Shown here one piece after another: positions 1 through 13,277 of a stretch of DNA of 64,000 nt. Made by a program: the position numbers and the translations under genes. The stretch spans positions 21,142,001 through 21,206,000 of the forward strand of contig OY740798.1 in assembly GCA_963514005.1 (NCBI GenBank). The letters run 5' to 3'. A model generated the notes under the pieces. It was not told where the DNA came from. It searched no databases and was given only the letters and a program-made list of their open reading frames with translations. The DNA comes from Raja brachyura (Eukaryota). How positions within the stretch are numbered: position 1 is the stretch's first letter; the number at the start of each line of letters is the position of its first letter.

Positions 1-770
1 CCAACGGGATCCAACCACTGGCCACATCTTCCCACCTCCTCCCCTTTCGGCTTTCCGCAGAAACCACTCCCTTCGTAACTCCCTGGTCAATTCGTCCCTC
101 CCCACCCAAACCACCCCTTGCCCTGGTACTTTCCCTTGCAACCGCAGGAAATACTACACTTGTCGCTTTAACTCCCCACGTGACTCCATCCAAGGACCCA
201 AGCAGTCTTTCCAGGTGAGGCAGAGGTTCACCTGCACCTCCTCCAACCTCATCAATTGCATCCACTGCTCTCGGTGTTAACTGCTCTACATCGGTGTGAC
301 CAAGCGCAGGCTTGGCAATCGCTTCGCCCAACACCTCCGCACAGTTCGTATTAACCAACCTGATCTCCCAGTGGCTCAGCACTTCAACTCCCCCTCCCAT
401 TCCGAATCCGACCTTTGGCCTGGGCCTCCTGCATGGCCAGAGTGAGTCCCACCGCAAATTGGAGGAGCAGCACCTCATATTTCACTTGGGTAGTTTACAC
501 CCCAGCGGTATCAACATTGACTTCTCCAATTTCGGGTAATCCTTGCTTTCTCCCTCCTTCCCCACCCCCGCTCTCCCACTGCCTACTGTCTCCGCCTCTT
601 CCTTTCATCTTCCCGCCCCCCCCTCCCCCATCCACCCCAGCTCTCCCACTGCTTACTGTCTCCACCTCTTCCTTTCATCTTCCCGGCACCCCCCCCCCCC
701 CCATTTCCTTCCCTCCATAGAAGATGCTGCCTCACCCGCTGAGTTTCTCCAACATTTTTGTCTACCTTTT
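1..770 (+). mobile_element. Penelope-like retroelement 3' fragment (GIY-YIG endonuclease) plus terminal repeat
   Basis: Motifs LYIGVTKRRLGNRFAQHLRTVR and RKLEEQHLIFHLGSLHPSGINIDFSNF, frameshifted. Confidence 0.8.
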
Positions 771-1010
771 AAAAACAAAGCCTCATTGGACATATAGGAC
801 AATTTAATGTCAGTAAAATATTTCAGGCTGCACATACAAAGAAGTTTACCCAATCTCAAGCATGAAACTTCTGTCTAATCTTACCTTGAATTTCATTAGC
901 ACAATATGGGTTTGGAGAAAGGCAGATATTGCAAAAATGATGCCGACTCACAAAAATGACCTTCAGTTCTTAAATTCGCAGGATTTTAAAAAATGTAAAT
1001 ATTTACTCAC

Positions 1011-1073
1011 CAGTTGGTCTTGGTTAAGTACTTCTCCTTTGTCAAGTCTTTCTTGGTAGTCATCCAGTTTGCC
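1011..1073 (-). CDS. CAPRIN1: Caprin-1 internal coding exon (21 codons, GKLDDYQERLDKGEVLNQDQL); gene continues beyond window start
   Basis: Hand translation resembles human CAPRIN1 GKLDDYQERMNKGERLNQDQL. AG acceptor at 1074-1075, GTGAGT donor at 1005-1010, phase 0/0. Confidence 0.93.
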
Positions 1074-2041
1074 CTTTAATAAAAATGAATTCCTAAATAA
1101 AAATGCTGAAAATATGTCAGCACAGCTAATAAGCTGTCTTCACAATACAGTAACTAGTAAACAAAAAGTTGTCTAGATTGTTCGCCATTTCAAGTCATTG
1201 GACAAGACCTCTTTATCACCCACCTTTGTTAGATTATAATATGTGCCATAACTCAACCTGAGAAAGCCCAGAATACTGGCTTCACATTCAGTTTGGATTC
1301 ATATGCTTGATCCATTACAAATTGCAACCGTGAATATAACTTATATGCACAATGTAATCCCTGAAGGGCATAGAAATCTTATAAAATCTGGCAGTGTAGA
1401 GCATGAAAATAAGTGCGCATTTTGAAAATTCATAAGCTAAAACTGGCTAGATGAGGGCACTTGACAGCCACATTCAGTTGTGCTGGATGTGAACGATCTA
1501 CGTCAGAGTCATACAGCACGGACAGGTCCTTCGGCCCAACTTGCACATGCCGACCCAGATGCCCCATCCACATTTGGCCCACATCCCTCTAAACCTTTCC
1601 CATCCATGTACCTGTCAATGGCTTTTAAATGTTGCCGGTCACTCCTACTCTGACCCAAAAAGGCTTAGAAGGTGCAGCAATGCCCAAACAGCAGGCAGAT
1701 CTTAGACAACATAATGCAGAAGCCCACACAAAGATTAAACTGTTATTCATTATTATTTTTTGTTAAAAACACAAAAGGTTAGAAAGATAACCTATTAGGT
1801 GTTTGCTTTATTGTCACATAGACCGAAGTGCAATGAAAAATTATGTTTTGCGTTATATCCAAACAGATATACATATCATAGTATACCAAACATAGATGCA
1901 ATCAATCAGTTCAAACTCGGGTATAATAGATCGAGCAAAAGGGAAGATGCAGAGTGTACAATATAGTTCTCAGCATTGTAGTGCATCAATTCCAGGGACA
2001 AAGTCCAATGTTCGCAATGAGGAAGAGAATCAGACTGTGCC

Positions 2042-2800
2042 CTAGCTCACAGAATGAACGTTCAGAATGGAACCGGTGACACGGGTGATGTGAGTTATTG
2101 TGGAATCGTCACCTCTTCTCACTGAGTGAAGTCTGTGGGTCAGAAAGTAGAGAATCCAGTGGCACTGGGGGGAGGGGGGGAAGCTGTTTCCTAGGTCACA
2201 GAGATCGGATAGGATTATGGTATTGAAGACAAAGCTATCATCGATAAACAGGAGTCTAACGTAACCCTTGTTGAGATATGTATAGCACCATGGAGATGGC
2301 ATGTGCTTTTGTGCAATGGATTAAGGTTGGAGTTAGTGTGCCATCACCAGCCTCATTAAGCACTTCATGATGGTGGATGTCAGAGCCAATGGGCAATAAC
2401 CATTAAGGCATACAACCTTGCTTTTCTTAGGCACCAGAATGATAGTGGTCTCTTTGAAGCATGTGAGGACCTCAGAAAGGAGTAGTAGGTTATAGATGTC
2501 TGTGAATTCCTCTGCCAACTGCTCTATAGCCAGCGATTCCATCTCGATCAGTTACTTTCTGCGGTTTCACTCTCAGGAAAGCCAATCTTACACCTGCTTC
2601 AGTAACCATTGGTACAGGCGTACTCGAAACTGGCACAGCAGGTGGCATTGTATCACCGACTTTCTATTCAAAGCAGACGTAGAATGCATTGCGTTCATTA
2701 GCTCAGGACCCATTGTTACCAGCGATACTGCCTGCCTTTGCTATGTAGCCCATTATAACATGCAAGCCTTGGCACAAACTACACATATCCTTGTCATTAC
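2042..2800 (-). mobile_element. Rex-Babar-type LINE RT fragment, degraded
   Basis: Motifs [34 protein letters not shown] and YVRLLFIDDSFVFNTII. Confidence 0.7.
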
Positions 2801-3589
2801 CTAGAGACTCCAACTTAGCGTGGAATTCCCTCGGCATTATGAAGAAAGCTAGACTTCTTTATTAAAATTAATAGCATTTGGAAAAAATTCTAAAAATCTT
2901 TTTTAATGAGACAAAAATTGAAAAAACATCCAGCAGCTGAAAAAATGGGTAACACAGGCATTGTGAATCATCAGAAGTGGAGTTTTACTCTTTCTACAAT
3001 TTTAGGCTTCATGCCCTTGAATTTACTTCATTCTTTTTTATTATTTTCAAGACATCATACAACAGTGGTTCAGGGGGAAAGAATAAGAGATTGTGTTAAT
3101 AGCAGCTTTAAATATATGTAAATCCGAGGTGAAGCTACACAGAATGTCAGGACAGGAACCTCAGAGCCAAAAAGAAAGGGATGAGTAAGTTGGGAAACCA
3201 TCAGATAGACAAATCAACACACTAAAAGCAAGGTATTCAAGTTTTCCTACTGCAATTTGATATATATCCCGTGGCAGAATGGGTAAGAGAATGAACTAGA
3301 AGCAAGTTAAAAGTACCTCCTCGGGGCTTTTTCACTGAATCTCAAGGAGGAAATTGTGACTAGAAAAATAATACTACCGCCGGTCAATCCAGTCAAAATG
3401 AGAAAGCAGCACATCAGATTACACCTATACTTCATTCTCCCAACTGTTTCCAAAATCCTGCAATGCAAGGCAAATCTTACTTCAAACGAAGTAATGGCTT
3501 AAAAAATAAAATAAAAAAACAATTTTCAGACTGAAATTAAACACCAAGCATTGATCTAAGCAGTATCCCATCTCTGATGGCCTGCTAGC

Positions 3590-4530
3590 CTGGAAATTGT
3601 CCTTTTAATCCTATCTACTAAATTTGTAGACAGCATTAAAATAGGTGTTATCATAGACAGTGAAGATAAATATCAAGGATTACTGGATCCCAACCCAAAA
3701 CATCGCCTGTCTTTTTCCTCCAAAGATGCTGCCTGACCAGCTGTGTTTTTGACTGGTAATTTAGGGTATTTTTGCTCCAAAATGACAACATGATTGGCTG
3801 GGCAAGTTGGCTGAGGAATGGCTAATGGAGTTTAATTCAGCTAAGTGCAAGGTGTTGCATTTAGGAAGTCTAACCAAAGCAGAATTTTCCAGTGAATGGT
3901 GGGGTCATGGAAGGAGGGGTGATGTAGAGTAGACAGATCTAGGAGTGCAAGTATATAGTTCCCTGAAAGTGGCATCTAAGGTAGACATGATGGTGAAGGT
4001 GGCTTTTGGCATGTGGCATTCAGTGAATTGACCATAGAAGTTGGGACATTATGTTGCAGTTGTTCAAGTTGCTGGTTAGGCTGCACTTGGAGCAATATGT
4101 TCAGTTTTAGTCACCCTTCTATAGAAAAGATGCCATTAAGCTGGAAAATAGTGCAGACGTTTAAGAGGATATTGTCAGGAAATGAGGTGCTGAACTATAG
4201 GGAGAGGTTGGGTAATCTAGGACTTTATTCCTTGGAGCACAGGAGACTGGGGGATGATCTTAGAAAGGTATATAGAATCAGGAGAAGAATGGATAGGGAG
4301 AAAGCCTGGAGTCTTTGCCAAAAGTAGGGCAATCAAGAACTAGAGACCAAGAGAGGAATTGTTTCATAGAAACCCGAGAGGCAACTTATTTCATAGAGGG
4401 CAAAAGGTATAACGTTTAGAGGAATACGAGCCAAATACAACCAACCAGGAGTAGCTTAGATGGGGCATTTTGGTCAGCATGGGCAAGTTGTGCCAAAGAG
4501 TCTGTTTCCATGTTATATCATTCTATAACT
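3590..4530 (+). mobile_element. CR1 LINE 3' fragment, degraded
   Basis: Motif YRERLGNLGLYSLEHRRLGDDL and a CR1-type 3' end. Confidence 0.75.
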
Positions 4531-4672
4531 CCACTGTTCACAACTACAATACAAAGCAAACCATAATGTCACTTCATATTCATAACACAAATTAAGGGGA
4601 GAGCACTAAATATCTGTAAGTCTAAACGAGCGGGCAAAAAGTTTAAAGAAACTAGTTTTTCCAGTTCGATAA

Positions 4673-4914
4673 AGGGCCTGTCCCACTTGGCAATTTTGCC
4701 GGCGTCATATCAGGGTCGCCAAAAGATTTTGAACATTTCAAAATCCAGCAGTAACAAAAAAAATGTTCCGACGCTTGAAAAAAACACCGCTCGTTATACG
4801 TCATCACGCCGCGTCATACGTCATCACACCACGTCACGTATTTTTTGGTAACCTGATATGTCAGACAAAGATGCCGGCAGTCGCCGAAAAAAATCGCCAA
4901 GTGCGACAGGCCCT
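4673..4914. mobile_element. PIF/Harbinger-type MITE
   Basis: TIRs AGGGCCTGTCCCACTTGGC / GCCAAGTGCGACAGGCCCT flanked by a TAA duplication (4670-4672, 4915-4917). Confidence 0.75.
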
Positions 4915-5950
4915 TAAGACCTTTTCAGACACATCTGGCTGTCCCAGTACAAGAAATACAGAGCCAGCAATCAGGAAGGCAAATGGTACATTGATACTTA
5001 CCACTCAAAGATTGGAGAATGCTTGGAGTAAGAGCTACAGTTTTAGTCTCAATAAATGTTTATACTTGCCAAACAAGCTCACTGGACCATTTCAGGAGAA
5101 TATCAAGACAAGATTAATCAGAAGGTGCCCAAACAAAATTCAGAATGCATCAAGGAAATCTCACTGAAACATACAAGGTTTTGAGTGGGTTTTAAAGGGT
5201 AAATGCTATAAATATTTGCTCTGCTTGGGGGGTGGGGGTAAATCTCAGAATATGTCTTTGGCTTTGATTAGGTGAAATTACTTCAACCAAGAATTTTTGG
5301 AATTCTCAATTCAAAGTGCACGGGTACAATGCTGATTAATATAAGAACTTTCAATGCCGAGGCAAATATTTGGATAATAGGAGAATCAAGGCTCAAACGT
5401 TTATATGGCCTACTCCTATTTCTTACTCCATATCTTGAATCATTTACATCGGAAAGAGGAAGTTGGAAGACTACATGCCTGTTTACATCAGTGGGTCAGC
5501 GACGGAGTCTTAGCTGCTTTGAAAACCTTGGAGTTAACATCGGATGACCTGTCCTGATCCAAGCAGGTAGATGTTATGCACACCAGCAATTTCCACCTAC
5601 TTCAAAGTTTAGTGAGATTCAGCATGTCACCGAATACTCTAACAAACTACGACAGATGCACTAAAAACCATCCTGACTGGTACAGCAATTCCAATTCACA
5701 GAAAGGCAACACAAAAATTGAATGACTCAGTGGGACAGCCCTCCATCGTCCTGAAATTAACAACTTCTACCAAGATCCATCACCCTGCTGCCTCAACAAG
5801 ATGGATTTTTGTTATGCATGTGCATATTTTCAATACGCATCAAAAGACCACGTGCAGTAACACAAAATAAAACGTGGTTGATTATTCTGCTAATTTTGGA
5901 ACGTTAAAAATCGTTTTATAATTACAAGGTGTTGTGGGCTCTACTTTTAT

Positions 5951-6023
5951 TAAAACGACACCATAAATTCTTTTTACTAAAACGACACCATAAATTCTTT
6001 TTACTAAAACGACACCATAAATA
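5951..6023. repeat. 27-bp tandem repeat, about 2.7 copies
   Basis: Unit TAAAACGACACCATAAATTCTTTTTAC. Confidence 0.85.
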
Positions 6024-6819
6024 CTTAATCATTATTTTGTTATATGTTACACGGGGTGGAAAAAGCTCCCACCACTCACTGACTCATTGACAAGCAAAAT
6101 TTTCTCCACAAAAATAATAGTATTTTGCTCAAGGCCAGATAACACCAGGTTAATCAATATAAAATTTGTACCTTCCTAATAAACCCAGGCAAATTATGAA
6201 ATTTAAAAGCAGCATATTAAACATTTAAATCAGATAACTGCAAAGTTACAATGACACACATAGTTGTCATATTTTCTGATTAGCATTTGGCTTTCCATTC
6301 ACTTTTTTTTCGCCCATGTTGACTCATCTTTACCAATTTGTCATTATTCCATACATGATTCATTTCCAGGTATGAACCAACAGGAACTTGCTGTAAAATT
6401 CATATTTCATAAAAGCATGTTCCTCAACAGGTCAATTCACCAGAGATTCGAGTGAAAATTTCCACTAAAATGCAATATCAGGAAACTAGGAATCATACAT
6501 TGCTCACATGTTAGAATCATCTTCTGTTCAAAGAAGCTGCACAAGAAACATTATTTATTTCAGGATCTGGACGTCACTGACAAAGCTCATCCCCAATAGC
6601 CCCAAAGGTGGTGGAAGTGGTGAATGGAGAAACAAATGAGCCACCACTCCAAAAAGCTTCTATTTCTGTGTTAAAGGTACTTCAATGTTATTGTTGGGTA
6701 GAGACAATGAAGGATCAGCAACATGCTTCCATGACAAAATGGACAAGATTTGGAGGTGAATTTGCAAATGATGTTTCCATGGACTTGCTGTTCTTGACTT
6801 TGTTGGTGATAGTCAGTTA

Positions 6820-7395
6820 GTCAAGTATGTAAAAACATACAAGAAATTTGATTTACCAAAGTCATACCAAAAAACAATACACACAACTACATAAAAATTA
6901 ACATAAACATCCACCACAGCGACTGTGATGGAAGGCAATAACATATTATCTTCTTCCCTCCTTTTCTTCCACTGTTGGGGCAGTCGAACCATCCGCAGTC
7001 AGGGCAATCGAAGCTCCCGCAGCAGGCGACCGAAGCTCCCGCGATCGGGGCAGTCGAAGCTCCTGCGGTTGGAGCTCCCGAAGTCGATCCCTGACAAACA
7101 GATCGCAAGCTCCACAATGTTAAGTCCGCAGGCTCCCGCGGTTTCAGCTCCCGAAGTCGAACTCCAGCGAAAGGACCGCCAGCTCCTCGATGTTAGGCCG
7201 TAGTGCGGATGGACATACAATAGGGAAAAAGTCGCATCCCCGTCGAGGAAAGAGATTTTAAAAGTTTCCCCCACCCCCTACATCATACAAAACTAAAGAT
7301 ACACTAAAACATAAATTTAACAACAGACAAAAAACAACAAAAGAAAAGGACGAGAAAGACTGTTGGCAAGGCTGCCATCGTACGGCGCCACCTGG
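6820..7395 (-). mobile_element. Unclassified GC-rich interspersed repeat (non-LTR/SINE-like 3' fragment)
   Basis: Internal GAAGCTCCCGC repeats. Shares TTGCCTTCCATCACAGT with 14200-14515 and, less exactly, with 48490-48970. Confidence 0.45.
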
Positions 7396-7496
7396 TTGTG
7401 AGGCATTATCAAGAGTAGCCACGGTGAGTAACTGCAAAGTATTTTGTGATAGTACACCTCTGTGCAATGGGTGGAATGAATATTTAGGATGGATAT

Positions 7497-7889
7497 TAGC
7501 TGGGGTCGAGACCCTTCTTCAGACTGATGTCAGGGGAGTGGGCAGAACAGAGACAGAATGTAATCGGAGACTGTAAGACTGGTGGGAGAACTGGGAAGGG
7601 AGAGGGGACTGAGAGAGAGGGAAAGCAAGGGCTATTTGAAGTTGGAGAAGTCAATGTTCATACCGTTGGGGTGTAAGCTATCCAAGCAAAATACAAGGTG
7701 CTGTTCCTCCAACTTGCACTGGGCCTCACTCTGACGATGGAGGAGGCCCAGGATAGAAAGGTCAGATTGGGAATAGGTGGGGGAGTTAAAGTGCCGAGCA
7801 ACTGGGCGATCAGGTAAGTTAAGGCGGACTGAGCAGAGGTGTTCAGTGAAACGATCGCCGAGCCTGCGCATGGTTTTGCCAATATACAT
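7497..7889 (-). mobile_element. Penelope-like GIY-YIG 3' fragment
   Basis: ORF 7632-7889 YIGKTMRRLGDRFTEHL...NIDFSNFK. Confidence 0.8.
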
Positions 7890-8764
7890 AAAATATGTTC
7901 CTACTCAAGGGAGAGTATGGGCCAGAAAGTAGAAAATTATATACATGAGATTCAGAGTAACAGGTACATCTTACTTACGTATTACCCAATTTCATTGCTA
8001 AACAGCACCTAGCCACTTGACATAAGTGAATTCCAGAAACAACTTTTTTTTGCCCGTTTCTTTCCCAGTCTGTGTCTCAAAAGAATGTAAATGACTCATG
8101 GCAATTGTGAACCTATTGTTGTATAATGAGAATGAATATGCAGAGTATTCAAGATATAAAATGATAAATTGCTTTGAACTGGTAGGCAATATACGTAAAA
8201 TGAGAAATAATTAACTTTAGTGTTGAAATGGGATGTTGTTGGTGGGGAGAGCAGACGCAGAGCGATGCAAACAGATAATTTGAAATACTAAGCGGGTGAG
8301 GCAGCATCTATGGAGCGGAGGAATAGGTGACGTCTCGGGTCGAGACCTTCAGACTGATCTGGGGGTGGGGGGTGGGGGGAAGAAGAAAGGGAGAGGCGGC
8401 ACAGGGGGGGGGGGGGGGGGGGCAGTGAGAGGGGGAATACACAGTCTTTTACCCAGACCAGGAGAATCAAGAACCAGAGGATGCAAGTTTAAGATGGGCC
8501 CGTTTCTATATTGTACAACCATAAAAACACTTACTAAATTCAATTGAACCGACTGCACTAAATAGTAAATGCTGCAACCACAGATTACAAACATGGTTTA
8601 TCTGCATCCATTTAAACTATAAAATCACTCATCAAAACTAGTTTCCATTCACTCACTTCAAATATTACGTTCAATAATGCGGATTATAACAGAAAATAGG
8701 GCACATTTGAAATAAAGTAAAACTTGACAAAAATTATTGACCCAAATGACATCACACATGGGGC

Positions 8765-9340
8765 ATCAGGCAATGATGGTCCAATTCTATACTGCCATCG
8801 TTGAGTCTGTCCTCACCTTCTCCATCATGGTCTGGTTTGGCTCAGCCACCAAGCACAACATCCGGAGGCGGCTGAGAATCGTCCGATCAGCTGAGAAGGT
8901 TGTTGGCTGCAACCATTCCCCCCCCATTGACGAACTGTACACTGCAAGGGCCAGGAAGAGAGTGGATAAGATCATCTCTGACCCTGGCCACAAATTCTTT
9001 GAAGCACTTCCCTCCGGACTGTCAAAGCCAGACATAAAAACTGCTTTTTTCAGTCTGTAGCCTCCTTTTGCCCTGGTATTTTATTTCATTCACATGTTTA
9101 AACTATAATGTTTTATTATCAATATTTAATGTTCTATGTGTCATTCTTAATTGTTACTGTATGTCGTGTTGTTACTTGTGAGCGGCGCACCAAGGCAAAT
9201 TCCTTGTATGTTCTTCTGAAGAAGGGTTTCAACCCGAAATGTTGCCTATTTCCTTAGCTCCATAGATGCTGCCTCACCCGCTGAGTTTCTCCAGCATTGT
9301 CTACCTTCGATTTTCCAGAATCTGCAGTTCCTTCTTAAAC
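8765..9340 (+). mobile_element. Rex-Babar LINE 3' end followed by Penelope terminal repeat
   Basis: Motif MVQFYTAIVESVLTFSIMVWFGSATK...RIVRSAEKVVG. Same family as 37440-38600. Confidence 0.7.
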
Positions 9341-12300
9341 AAAATAAAGTTGTATTTTTGATTCCAAACGCGTCTTAAAAGCAGCAAAAAAATAACAATA
9401 GAATATTGGCATGCTGTAACTGAAACAAAAAGGCATTCACAGAACCAGAAGAATATTCAAATAAAACTTTAAACATCTGAATCAAAAAGGACGCTGTTAT
9501 AAATTCAGTCAAGTCGCCTCTTCAAAGAGAAAGTTAATACTCCAGATCTGAGAGTTGGCACTATTTGATTTAAGTTTCCACAAAAATGTTAAACCAGGTC
9601 TTGCCCAAAGATTGACTTTGAAGAATGAAGCAATTATTTGTCTGAACGCTTCCTAACACTGGGTGATCCATTGGGTAGTCTGTATTAAATCTTTAAGATT
9701 GGGATAGAAGCAGTTCTTTTCAGTAATAGCAAGTTTCGTATTCGCATCCCTTAAAACATCAACCACTTGTGGCACGTCAGCAAAAAACTGCACAGAAATT
9801 AATGAGTAAATAAAAGGCCTAAATTAACATTAACTGGTTTTGAGCATACATGCCCATCAAAGCCTCTAAATATTCAAACATTTAATCATTAAACTTAATT
9901 AATTGGTTAGATATAACTGTACAGATAAAATCGTACGTTTTCTTTCACCACAGACTTCAATACAGGTCCACCATCAATTTTCCAACAACTGATGGTCCCG
10001 CTCCTCCTTTCATCTGCACTTGAACTATACCCCAGAAGTCAAGCTGAAAATCTGGCACCTAGGCCGGGTAAAGCGGCCGATCTCGGCCCCACGAGACTTC
10101 TGCGCCAATTGGCGGGTCGAATATGCCCCCTGCGGCCAGGGATCTGGAACTCTGGCCAGCAGACCCGTTCCCATAGCCAACATCTGAGGCTGACTTTGCG
10201 TGCTGGTATCTCGGACCCTCGGCGGATAATCCCAGTACCGTTGGACTCTTCTCGGAAGCCATGACTTGATAGTCCAGCAAAACAGAGAATGCAGAGAAAC
10301 TTTGGAACCAAGGGTGGTCAGACCCATATCAATTTTAATTTAATACGATATTTTTACAGCTCCAATATTAATGCAAGCGATGCACTGGTTCTAATTAAAA
10401 GTAGGATTGAGATTTTGTTGTTTTGTTGGGGGTGGGGGTGGGGGTGGGGAAGGTTGAATCGTAAAATTTATTGGAAAACTTCAACTTGATGTGCAATCTA
10501 CAGGAGGCTTAAGACAAAAAGCTTTTAAAAAGTGCGTTCATGCCTTGCGTTGCGTTAGCTATATGAGGAATTTGCACATAATGACTATACTTGCAGATGA
10601 AACACAATACTGCTATTGTACACTAGTTAATCGCAGGCTTCAACGTTATGCTTACGTTTTTTTTAAATTCAGCAGGTCAGCATTCAATCACATGCAAAGT
10701 TCAATTTGATGTCTCCTGAACCCACTATTAATTCATTCGATTGGACCAAGCCGTCATGTGACACGAGAAAAGAGGAAATTGCCCAGAACAATTAAGTAAG
10801 ATTGGACCAAGCCGTCATGTCTTAGCTCCACTTCAATTTGTTAGATTCCCAAAAAGCAACAGCCAGTCAGAATCATTAAAATAACAGCTCAGCAAATGGC
10901 GTTCATTGTCATGTAAAAGGCAATGTGAGCAGTTAAATTCAATGCAAAATTAACCCTTTTGTCATCTGCCTCACTAATGTTACATGGTTACAATGTTGCT
11001 ATATTTGCAGGGTGAATCCAAAGCAAGCTTACAAGATATTATAGGTCACTAGTTTTTCCATTTTTCCTCGTGCCGCTGGCAGCTCCTTCCAGTCTATGTT
11101 AGATCCTTCCAGTCTATGTTGGCTCAGAGGTACGTCATTCCCTCACTACATTTCCCTGTAACCGTTTCTTCTGTCATTCCTCCATTTATCTATGCAGCAG
11201 GGACAAATATACAAAGTGATTACGCAAATCTTTAGAATGTAGAAGGGGCCTAAATAGGGAATTGGATTTAATCACAAAAAGAACGTGAATTATTTCCACC
11301 CACGATCAGGTTTAGATACGGGTAACTACAGCTGTGAGGTTGCAGCTCTTCTAGTCATGCCATTGCAGCTTGACACAGGAACACACACAATTTTCAGGCG
11401 TTGTTGGTTCCAGAGCCTTTCTGGATTGTATATTTTGCCGGACCAACAATGGTCACGGTCTCCAAGAGGAGTCCAACGGTATCAGAATGGTCCACCTAGG
11501 CAGCAGTGATATCAGGCCGCAAAGTCGGCTATGGGAATAGATCTGCTGGCTCCAGCTGGGCCGGAGTTCCACTGACTTGGCCGCAGGGAGTAAATTCAAC
11601 TCGCCGATCGGCCCGTGGTAGTCAGCAATAGGAACAGATATTCTGGCTCCGGCCGGGCCGAAGTTCCAGAGCCCCTGCCACAGGGGGCAAAATCGACCCG
11701 CATTTCCATTCTTTACGACCATTAACTCATCTTTCACCCCACGGTGCATTATCAATAACTCACCATGCCTGAACTTAAGGCATGAAAACTTATTGAAGTC
11801 CAATTACATATTTGCAGGTCCCCCTATCCATTCTCCTCAGAATCACAGTAAATTAGACAAACATGATTTTCCTTTTATAAATACTATCCTATTCTTAGGA
11901 AGGTACATCAAGGAGAAAACCCCAATTTCTGTGAACTCTCTACAAAACTGCAATTCCAGCAAATCTTTCCCACATTTTGTGGAATGCTATAAAAACGTTT
12001 CCAAGCCAGGTACAGAATAATTCTTCATGAAACCTAACCAGAGTCCTGGAAGATTCAGCATTATTTCCTTGATTTTAAACTCCATGCCTGCACACAAAGT
12101 CACATAATTCACTTGCCTTTTCAAAAGCTTCCACAACTTGACTTCCAACTGCAGAAATGTCTATTCCTACCATTTTCAAAGCAAAGTCCTTCCCATTTTT
12201 TCTCCTCACATGCAACTCACTCATCCTACAATCAATGTATCATAAAAATATGTACGTTATATACATATGTCTTCACATAAAGACCAAATTTGTGTATAGT

Positions 12301-13004
12301 GGATCAGATATGGCCGTACTGAAGGCTGTGTGCGTCTGCACAAAGTGCTGCTGTACTTAAAAATGCAGCAAGAGCAGCAGAAGGTTATCAAGGTGGGCTG
12401 ACAATGGAACTGCTGAATGCACAGAGGTTTGGTAATCAGTCACCGTCAACTGTAGCAACAAAACATTGAAGATGTTGGTACTACACAGCAGCAAAAAAAC
12501 TTAAATGGCTGTATATTTTCACAAAGGGAAGGATGAAGTGACAACTGGGCCAAGCATGTTCCAGCCTTTTTACGCTTATCAACATTATAATAAATTTACA
12601 TGCAATGCATTTGCATCCTCATAGTCCTCTTTTAAACCCTAGGGTGGAGGAGACTTTTGCTCCAGCTCCGGTTTTTCCCTTTCAGAAATAATTCCTTAGT
12701 GGATCGTTGATTCTGTCCCTCACCCATTGGATCCTCAATTTCCCTATCTGTGCTATATTATTTATTTTGTTGAAACAAAAATTATAAATCCCAATCATTC
12801 CCCATTCCATGAACTTTTCCTCCGGTCTAACTAGCAAAAGAATCATTTTTTATACATTTTCCAATTTTATAGACATTATTAATGTTTCTTTACTTCTTGC
12901 TCATTTAATTTTTTTTAATTACTTTGTCTTTTTGTCTGTATGATAGACGTCTCCTTTTATATTAACGTCCATAGTTAGCTATGATTTTCTAATTAGGTTT
13001 TTTA

Positions 13005-13277
13005 GTTTAGCGATCGAGCGTGGAAACAGGCTCTTTGGCACCGACCCCCGCACATTAACACTGTCCGACGCACACCAGGGACAATTTTACATTTACACCA
13101 AGCCAATTAACCTACAAACCTATACATCTTTGGAGTGCGGGAGGAAACCGAAAATCTCAGAGAAAATCTAAGCGGGCATGTGGACAACGTACAAATGCCG
13201 TACAGACAGCACCCAGACAGACGGGATCGAACCCGGGTCTCCAGCGCAGGAGGCGCTGTAAGGCAGCAACTCTACTG
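13005..13277 (-). mobile_element. tRNA-derived HE1/V-SINE
   Basis: A box (TGGCGCAGCAG) and B box (GGTTCGATCCC) with the core GTAGGTTAATTGGC. Further copies near 17230-17480, 51960-52262, 56385-56700 and 58820-58975. Confidence 0.75.

Noticed and set aside
9650-9790. Possible poison exon in CAPRIN1 intron (TTTCTGTGCAG acceptor, about 45 open codons then a stop)
   Set aside because: No convincing donor and no recognisable homology.
13200-13277. tRNA gene
   Set aside because: The A/B boxes belong to a SINE head continuing into the SINE core; no complete cloverleaf.
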